A stretch of DNA of 4,131 bases from a virus (taxonomy: Duplodnaviria > Heunggongvirae > Uroviricota > Caudoviricetes): the IMG/VR virus record IMGVR_UViG_2671180770_000018; one strand, given 5' to 3'. Under the pieces are notes generated by a model. That model searched no databases. It was not told the DNA's origin and was given only the letters and a program-made list of their open reading frames with translations. The position numbers and the translations under genes were made by a program. Of this stretch, positions 1 through 4,131 are shown piece after piece (the stretch's first letter is position 1; every line of letters begins with the position of its first letter).

Positions 1-324
1 ATGACAAAGGCTGGGATGCCAGAAAGCGTGCGTATTGCCTGAAAATCCAGCCAGCTACAGGGTCGTTCGCACGAAATCTTATTTATTCAACAAAGCCCTT
101 TTGATGTAGAAACTAAGAATGGCCTTCCCTCCACGGTTCAGCTATTTTATGAGGAATCTAAGGATAATGAACCTTTAGCGAATATACATTTTCAAGCAAT
201 AGGTTCTGGTTTTTTAACGTTTGTTAATGCCTGCCAGGAACATGATGACAACAGCTTAAAATTATTTGCTTCGCTGTTAATTTCACTTTCATATTCTAGT
301 GCCTACGCAGACTTATCAGAAACA

Positions 325-648
325 GTGTATATTAATGAAAATAATGAGAGCTACCTGAAAGCTCAGTTTGAAAAATTATCTCAACGTGATATGAAGAAGT
401 ACCTGGGAGAGATGAAGAGTCTGGCAGATGAGGGGGGAATGAAATTTGATGACTATCTGGATAAGATGTCATTTCTGGTGAATGAAGGAAAGCTCGAGCC
501 TGATATTTTAAGCAAAATGCGAGATGCTGCACCGAAATTAATTGCCTTTGCTAAGTCGTTTGACCCAAACTCAAAGGAAAAGATTAAAATACTTACAGAT
601 ACTTCTAATTTAATTTATGATTTATTCGGGGTTAAATCGGGGAAATAA
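325..648 (+). CDS. Hypothetical protein, helical and K/E/L-rich, start codon unresolved (frame open from nt 43)
   Basis: Frame +1 is open from nt 43 to the TAA at 646-648 (201 codons) but has no ATG/GTG/TTG before the GTG at 325, which is where the track ORF starts. No convincing Shine-Dalgarno precedes 325 (agaaaca). The translation is protein-like across the whole open stretch (e.g. YLKAQFEKLSQRDMKKYLGEMKSLADEGG). A hairpin plus T-tract follows at 686-720. No family recognised. Confidence 0.45.
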   Translation: MYINENNESYLKAQFEKLSQRDMKKYLGEMKSLADEGGMKFDDYLDKMSFLVNEGKLEPDILSKMRDAAPKLIAFAKSFDPNSKEKIKILTDTSNLIYDLFGVKSGK

Positions 649-685
649 TATGTGAAGTTCTTCGATGGTATGGAAGGCATTACAT

Positions 686-720
686 AAAAGAACCTAATAC
701 TTATTGGGTTCTTTTTTCTT
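686..720 (+). terminator. Candidate intrinsic terminator downstream of the 325-648 ORF
   Basis: aaaagaacc (686-694) is the reverse complement of ggttctttt (707-715), giving a 9-bp AT-rich stem with a 12-nt loop, followed by a T-tract running to 720. The stem is weak and the loop large, so this is tentative. Confidence 0.3.
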
Positions 721-919
721 CTATCAGTGCCATTAGCAGGAAGAGATATCACCGGAGTTTAATGTGTGATTTTTTATTTATCGTCGAACCTGGATTGTTT
801 ATCATTGTCCTTAACAAGGCTAACGGCTAATAAGATTATTTCCATCACTTCGTGAGAGCTTCATGCTTTGAGGGGATCTCATTTTTCTTTTGCAATGAGA
901 CAGGTGCTTCCTGTTGTTA

Positions 920-928
920 TGGTATAGT
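920..928 (+). promoter_or_regulatory. Candidate extended -10 promoter element (TGgTATAGT)
   Basis: tggtatagt at 920-928 matches the extended -10 consensus TGnTATAAT at 8 of 9 positions. No good -35 at 17-18 bp spacing. It lies about 440 nt upstream of the 1370 start, so any link to that operon is speculative. Confidence 0.15.
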
Positions 929-1369
929 ACCCCGCTATTGAGCCTCCTTCACAGTGATGCTGAATAACATAACTCAATGATATATCGATAAAATAATCTC
1001 TACATTTGAAAATGCACGGTAATTCTGAAATGCAAAAAATCAACCAAACCAGCGCAATGCCTGAAAAAACTGACGTTCACTGGAGTGGTCGGTTTAGCGT
1101 TGCACCAATGCTCGATAGGATGTACCGTTTTTGAAAAACAAGTAGTTATACACTTTGTGGGAGCCTATTGGGAACCTGTTATTCTTAGAAAGCATCATTT
1201 GCTCATCACTTCAATTGACCATGGTTAAAGCCAGCTATAAACTTGACAAACGAGGTAACTGGTTGCTTAGGCCCAAGTGGGCACACCATAAGAAGCTCAT
1301 GTTGGTGATGAAGCAACCCATGAAGTATCGAGAATAATTATAAAGTTCACTATCTTTGAGGTTTCTTAT

Positions 1370-1942
1370 ATGTTTTGCGAAGAAAAAGTAGCTCAAATGG
1401 CTGCATACCTACTTCTTAAGAGAGGTGGGCGCATGGCATATCTGAAATTGATGAAGCTGCTCTATCTGTCTAACCGCCAGTCGATTTTGAAGCATGGCAG
1501 GATGATCGGCGAAGATAGCCTTTACTCTATGAAATTTGGACCAGTCATGTCGAATACGCTGAACTTGATTCGCGGTAAGGCTGAAGGCATTGGTGACTAC
1601 TGGTACAACTTGATAGAGACGAACGGGCATAATGTATCGTTGCGTTCAGATCCGAGGGAAATGGATGCAGACGAGGTCTTTGATGAATTGAGTCGTGCAG
1701 ATATCCGGATTTTAGATGAAATCTATTCTCGGTATGGGCATATGAACCGATTTGATCTCGCAAATATGACGCATTTAGAAAGCGTTTGTCCAGAGTGGCA
1801 CGATCCTGGCAATTCTCGTAAGCCTATAGACCTGAAAGAAATGCTGATCAGTGAGGGTAAAAGCGAGGATGAGGCTAATCGCATAATTGGCAAAATGGAA
1901 GAATCTCAGAAACTTAAGGAATTTTCTTTGCAATTATCATGA
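1370..1942 (+). CDS. Panacea-domain (DUF4065; GepA/SocA/PanA-like) protein, putative antitoxin
   Basis: ATG at 1370 with GAGG at 1358-1361 and an 8-nt spacer; 190 aa. The N-terminal two thirds carry what I recognise as the Panacea/DUF4065 hallmark: LKLMKLLYLSNRQSILKHGRMIGEDSLYSMKFGPVMSNTL, then YWYNLIE, then HLESVCPEWHD. The C-terminal 35 residues are an acidic, probably helical tail. The TGA stop at 1940-1942 overlaps the next ATG (ATGA). Confidence 0.85.
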   Translation: MFCEEKVAQMAAYLLLKRGGRMAYLKLMKLLYLSNRQSILKHGRMIGEDSLYSMKFGPVMSNTLNLIRGKAEGIGDYWYNLIETNGHNVSLRSDPREMDADEVFDELSRADIRILDEIYSRYGHMNRFDLANMTHLESVCPEWHDPGNSRKPIDLKEMLISEGKSEDEANRIIGKMEESQKLKEFSLQLS

Positions 1943-2358
1943 CGGATTATCAGCCATACAGGAAAGGAACTGTGCTTGCCCCAACTGGACCATGCAATCA
2001 TCTTCATGTGATTTGTAATGATCCTGTTTATTACCCCGTTAACGATTGTTATTGTGTTTTAGTTGTTAATATTTCTAGTATCAAGGATGGTGTCCCCCAC
2101 GATCCGTCTTGCGTCTTGAATTCTGGTGATCATCGCTTTATCAAGCATCCAAGTTATGTTGTTTACGCTGAAGCTATAATTTGGCGAGTGGATAACATGG
2201 TTAGAAAGCAGCGATCGGGTGAGATTTCTGTTCATGATGATATGCCAGAAGCTACATTCAATAGAATTCTGGACGGTTTTGATATCTCTGATGAAGTTAC
2301 GCCAAAGAACCTTAAATTTAAAAATAAATATTGCGTATCATCTATTGATGATGAGTAA
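1939..2358 (+). CDS. Hypothetical protein translationally coupled to the Panacea gene; candidate toxin/effector with possible MazF/PemK-like fold
   Basis: ATG at 1939-1941 overlaps the upstream stop by 4 nt and has no Shine-Dalgarno of its own (nearest AAGGA is at 1916-1920, too far), which implies coupled translation; 139 aa, TAA at 2356-2358. By-eye similarity to MazF/PemK/Kid toxins: KGTVLAP near the N-terminus, CYCVLVVNISS (cf. MazF CLCVPCTTQ), VLNSGDH (cf. VVLSGQER), AIIWRVDN (cf. SIAWRARG), MPEATFNRILDGF (cf. APEELQLIKAKI). The N-terminal half is also rich in Cys/His. The fold assignment is unverified. Confidence 0.7.
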   Translation: MTDYQPYRKGTVLAPTGPCNHLHVICNDPVYYPVNDCYCVLVVNISSIKDGVPHDPSCVLNSGDHRFIKHPSYVVYAEAIIWRVDNMVRKQRSGEISVHDDMPEATFNRILDGFDISDEVTPKNLKFKNKYCVSSIDDE

Positions 2359-2397
2359 ACAACAGGAATTGTTTCGGTATAACTTCTGGAGTTTTCT

Positions 2398-2571
2398 ATG
2401 GAAGATCAAAAAGCAACCAAGCCACAGGTTAAGTTCGACACAATGAAAGCATTCGTAGGTATGGGTGCTGCTGTTGAAGTTCTGATGAAGGCTGCTCCTA
2501 ATGCGTTCACTCACGCTACTGTCTCTGGTAAAGAGCAGCAGGGTAAGCTTCGTCGTCTCAAAGCAGCATGA
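2398..2571 (+). CDS. Small hypothetical protein (57 aa), below the ORF track cutoff
   Basis: ATG at 2398 preceded by GGAG at 2388-2391 with a 6-nt spacer; open frame to TGA at 2569-2571. Translation: MEDQKATKPQVKFDTMKAFVGMGAAVEVLMKAAPNAFTHATVSGKEQQGKLRRLKAA. Codon choice (ggt, gct, cgt, ctg, aaa) looks like an expressed enterobacterial gene. A strong terminator begins 20 nt after the stop. The overlapping track ORF 2219-2446 is in another frame and lacks these signals. Confidence 0.5.
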   Translation: MEDQKATKPQVKFDTMKAFVGMGAAVEVLMKAAPNAFTHATVSGKEQQGKLRRLKAA

Positions 2572-2590
2572 TCATAGCTGGTGCTTTTTG

Positions 2591-2619
2591 AAAACCCGCC
2601 TTCAGGCGGGTTTTTTCTT
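2591..2619 (+). terminator. Rho-independent terminator, plus-strand oriented, possibly weakly bidirectional
   Basis: aaaacccgcc (2591-2600), loop ttca, ggcgggtttt (2605-2614): a perfect 10-bp stem with a GC-rich core, followed on the plus strand by a T-tract (ttttttcttt, 2611-2620). On the minus strand the hairpin is followed by caaaaag, so termination of the minus-strand operon here should be inefficient. Confidence 0.8.
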
Positions 2620-2900
2620 TAGTGATTTTCTTTGCCCTTCTGTTTGACTGTTCTGACCTGTTCCCACTCGATACGTCCTTCTTCTCGCCTTTTGTCTATG
2701 TATTCCGCAAGATCCTGAATATTGATGCAACGTTTTGCTTTTTGTGATGTGCCGATGCGATATGTTGGAACGGGCAACTTACAAGCGTTTGCTTTTGCTT
2801 CTGCCGTGGCTGGACTCATACCAAAGTACTTTTGGCTAACTGCTGAGAGTTCAATGTTTGGGGTATTGAATTCAGCCATCAGTAAAAACAAGGTGTTCAT
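2619..2900 (-). CDS. PrtN-family small DNA-binding protein (pyocin-activator-like; excisionase-like in enterobacterial prophages)
   Basis: The track ORF is 2619-2927, but the most plausible start is the third in-frame ATG at 2900-2898, which has GGAG (2910-2907) and a 6-nt spacer. The product then begins MNTLFLLMAEF and contains IQDLAEYIDKRREEG, both of which I recognise as PrtN-family features. TAA stop at 2621-2619. Confidence 0.7.
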   Translation of the reverse strand: MNTLFLLMAEFNTPNIELSAVSQKYFGMSPATAEAKANACKLPVPTYRIGTSQKAKRCINIQDLAEYIDKRREEGRIEWEQVRTVKQKGKENH

Positions 2901-2936
2901 AATTTTCTCCATCAAAACCGGCTGCACCCGGGAAAA

Positions 2937-3509
2937 TCATAATTCTGTGCTGGTGGCAGGAATTAATTTCTGCCAGATAGCGGAAACATATTTTGCCTGA
3001 TGACGGGCATCAGCCAGGGCGTTGTGCCGTTCGCCATCGAAAGGCATGTCCATTTTGGGGTCGAATCCGATGGAACGCCCAAGCGTAACGATCGTGCGTA
3101 CATCGTGGTCATTCCAGTATGCCCACGGGCAGATTTGTCCTGCTCGCTCATAAGCTCCACGTAAAATTACGTTGTCGAAGGTGGCTCCGTTACCCCAGAC
3201 TTTTAAATATTTCGTATTGTCTGCGTGCCGGTTAATGAAATGATTTAGTTCTGAGAGAGCATCGCTGATCGACAAAGTATCATCAATACAGATTGCAGCT
3301 CGTGCTTCAGGGCTTTGTTTCAACCACCACAGGATGGTATCGCCGTCAGGTGTAGCTCCTTGCTCCATAGCACTTTCCAGGCTAACAACCGTATAGAATT
3401 CTTGTCCGATGTCTCCGATTTCTGGAGTGAAGAACACCGCGCCAATGGAAACGATCGGTGCATCCTTATTTTTCCCCATCGTCTCAAGGTCGATCATTAA
3501 GTTGTTCAT
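2937..3509 (-). CDS. DnaQ-like DEDDh 3'-5' exonuclease (phage-type)
   Basis: The track ORF starts at a GTG at 3512, but the adjacent ATG at 3509-3507 has a strong Shine-Dalgarno, GGAGGTG (3521-3515), with a 5-nt spacer. The 190-aa product shows three exonuclease motifs: IDLET (Exo I, D and E), WGNGATFDN (Exo II, D) and HNALADA (Exo III, H and D). The start shares one nucleotide with the upstream stop (TGATG). Confidence 0.85.
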   Translation of the reverse strand: MNNLMIDLETMGKNKDAPIVSIGAVFFTPEIGDIGQEFYTVVSLESAMEQGATPDGDTILWWLKQSPEARAAICIDDTLSISDALSELNHFINRHADNTKYLKVWGNGATFDNVILRGAYERAGQICPWAYWNDHDVRTIVTLGRSIGFDPKMDMPFDGERHNALADARHQAKYVSAIWQKLIPATSTEL

Positions 3510-4075
3510 CACTTCACCTCCAGCGGCGGTTCCGGTAGCGGCATCCAGTGAGTTGCTTGCTCAATACCATTACCCGGCTTAATCGTTGCATCTCCGCGCC
3601 GAAAGGTGCTTCCGGTATAGCGTGCGGAGCATATTAGCGGTTCAACCTGAGAGCTATCGAAATTCACCGAAATAAGCACGTTCTGGCCCTTTTCAGGCAT
3701 TCGATCACTACAGCTTATCCAACTATCCGGAGTTCCCGGAGAGTTGCCATTTACATCGAAGTTTGGCTCTGCGTCCTGAACTAGGAGGATGTAACCATTT
3801 TTGGCTGTATCAAGTTCTAACGCCTCGGTGACGGTACCGAAATAGCGATTACCTAAATCAACATCACAAGTGCTTACATCAATGGAAACTTCCATGCCTT
3901 CGATTAATTCTGGCAAGTTGTAAGTTTGGCTTACAGGCTCTGCTTCCAGCGATACCAGTGCAATTCGTGCCAGTTCTTCCGCTTCTTCTGCTGGCAGTAC
4001 AACGTTGCTGCCAGGTCCGTATGTTTCGCGCCACTGCTGGATTGTCAGCAGTCGCCCTTTGGTAATAGTGATCAT
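3509..4075 (-). CDS. Phage DUF551-like protein
   Basis: ATG at 4075-4073 with GAAGGA about 8 nt upstream on the minus strand; 188 aa. The C-terminus reads ATHWMPLPEPPLEVK, which matches my memory of the conserved DUF551 C-terminal motif. The TGA stop at 3511-3509 overlaps the exonuclease ATG. Confidence 0.75.
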   Translation of the reverse strand: MITITKGRLLTIQQWRETYGPGSNVVLPAEEAEELARIALVSLEAEPVSQTYNLPELIEGMEVSIDVSTCDVDLGNRYFGTVTEALELDTAKNGYILLVQDAEPNFDVNGNSPGTPDSWISCSDRMPEKGQNVLISVNFDSSQVEPLICSARYTGSTFRRGDATIKPGNGIEQATHWMPLPEPPLEVK

Positions 4076-4131
4076 GCCGCGTTTCCTTCTTTCTTATTAA
4101 CAATCACACCGTCATATATTTCATTAAGGTG
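4072..4131 (-). CDS. 3' end of an upstream minus-strand gene, truncated by the window edge
   Basis: The minus-strand frame entering from 4131 is open for 19 codons (HLNEIYDGVIVNKKEGNAA) and ends at a TGA (4074-4072) that overlaps the DUF551 ATG in an ATGA arrangement. Only 60 nt are visible, so this is weak. Confidence 0.3.
   Translation of the reverse strand, partial: HLNEIYDGVIVNKKEGNAA

Noticed and set aside
332-532. Minus-strand track ORF (66 aa) inside the 325-648 region
   Set aside because: It lies wholly antisense to a longer protein-like frame, has no ribosome-binding site, and its translation is Ser/Pro/His-rich and low-complexity.
865-886. Short hairpin tgag-gggat-ctca followed by a T-tract
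   Set aside because: Only a 4-bp stem, too weak to call a terminator, and no gene ends immediately upstream.
36-1070. Repeated 10-mer tgcctgaaaa at 36-45 and 1057-1066
   Set aside because: A single shared 10-mer in a 4.1-kb AT-rich window is expected by chance; there are no flanking inverted repeats or target-site duplications to suggest a mobile element.
1030-1134. 34-codon ATG ORF (MQKINQTSAMPEKTD...) in the spacer
   Set aside because: No ribosome-binding site upstream (ggtaattctgaa) and nothing distinguishing it from chance; ORFs this short are expected in any 700-nt stretch.
1155-1337. Plus-strand track ORF (60 aa, TTG start) in the AT-rich spacer
   Set aside because: Non-ATG start with no Shine-Dalgarno, and the internal ATG at 1219 also lacks one. 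An odd basic peptide in AT-rich DNA is more likely a chance ORF, though a leader peptide cannot be excluded.
1409-1763. Two minus-strand track ORFs (1409-1630 and 1545-1763) antisense to the Panacea gene
   Set aside because: Both are embedded antisense in a gene with strong start signals and a recognisable domain, and their products are low-complexity.
2219-2446. Plus-strand track ORF (75 aa) spanning the toxin 3' end and the small-ORF start
   Set aside because: It is out of frame with both better-supported genes and has no ribosome-binding site. The in-frame ATG at 2398 with GGAG explains the coding signal downstream of 2358.
2875-2940. 22-codon minus-strand ORF (MIFPGAAGFDGENYEHLVFTDG) starting at the ATGA that overlaps the exonuclease stop
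   Set aside because: It is out of frame with the PrtN-like gene and would cover that gene's ribosome-binding site. It is more likely a by-product of the stop context, though a coupling peptide is conceivable.
2722-3000. Plus-strand track ORF (92 aa) overlapping the PrtN-like and exonuclease genes
   Set aside because: It runs antisense across two well-supported minus-strand genes and their intergenic ribosome-binding site; no start signals.
2963-3500. Track ORFs 2963-3160 (minus) and 3315-3500 (plus) inside the exonuclease gene
   Set aside because: They are alternative-frame or antisense ORFs within a gene that has clear DEDDh motifs and a strong start.
3879-4103. Minus-strand track ORF (74 aa) overlapping the DUF551 start
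   Set aside because: It is in a different frame from both the DUF551 gene and the edge ORF, and its product is Arg-rich and low-complexity, as expected from GC-rich antisense-like sequence.
1-4131. Scan for CRISPR arrays, tRNA or rRNA genes and IS elements
   Set aside because: No regularly spaced direct repeats, no tRNA-like T-loop signature (GGTTCGAATCC-like) outside coding sequence, and no transposase-like ORF or terminal inverted repeats were seen.

Overview
This window looks like the junction between a lambdoid-type prophage early operon on the minus strand (about 2619-4131) and an AT-rich accessory block on the plus strand (about 1-2620). The minus-strand genes are a partial ORF at the window edge, a DUF551-like protein, a DnaQ-like DEDDh 3'-5' exonuclease and a PrtN-family excisionase-like protein, all tightly coupled. 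The plus-strand block holds a hypothetical gene with an unresolved start (325-648), a 720-nt AT-rich spacer, and a compact three-gene module ending at a strong terminator at 2591-2619. That module is the main candidate for a new system: a Panacea/DUF4065 antitoxin-like protein (1370-1942), a translationally coupled 139-aa protein that by eye resembles MazF/PemK-fold toxins (1939-2358), and an unlisted 57-aa ORF with a good ribosome-binding site (2398-2571). All family assignments are from motif recognition by eye; no database search or structure prediction was possible, and GC values are rough hand counts of single 60-nt lines. No rRNA, tRNA, CRISPR array or transposase was seen.
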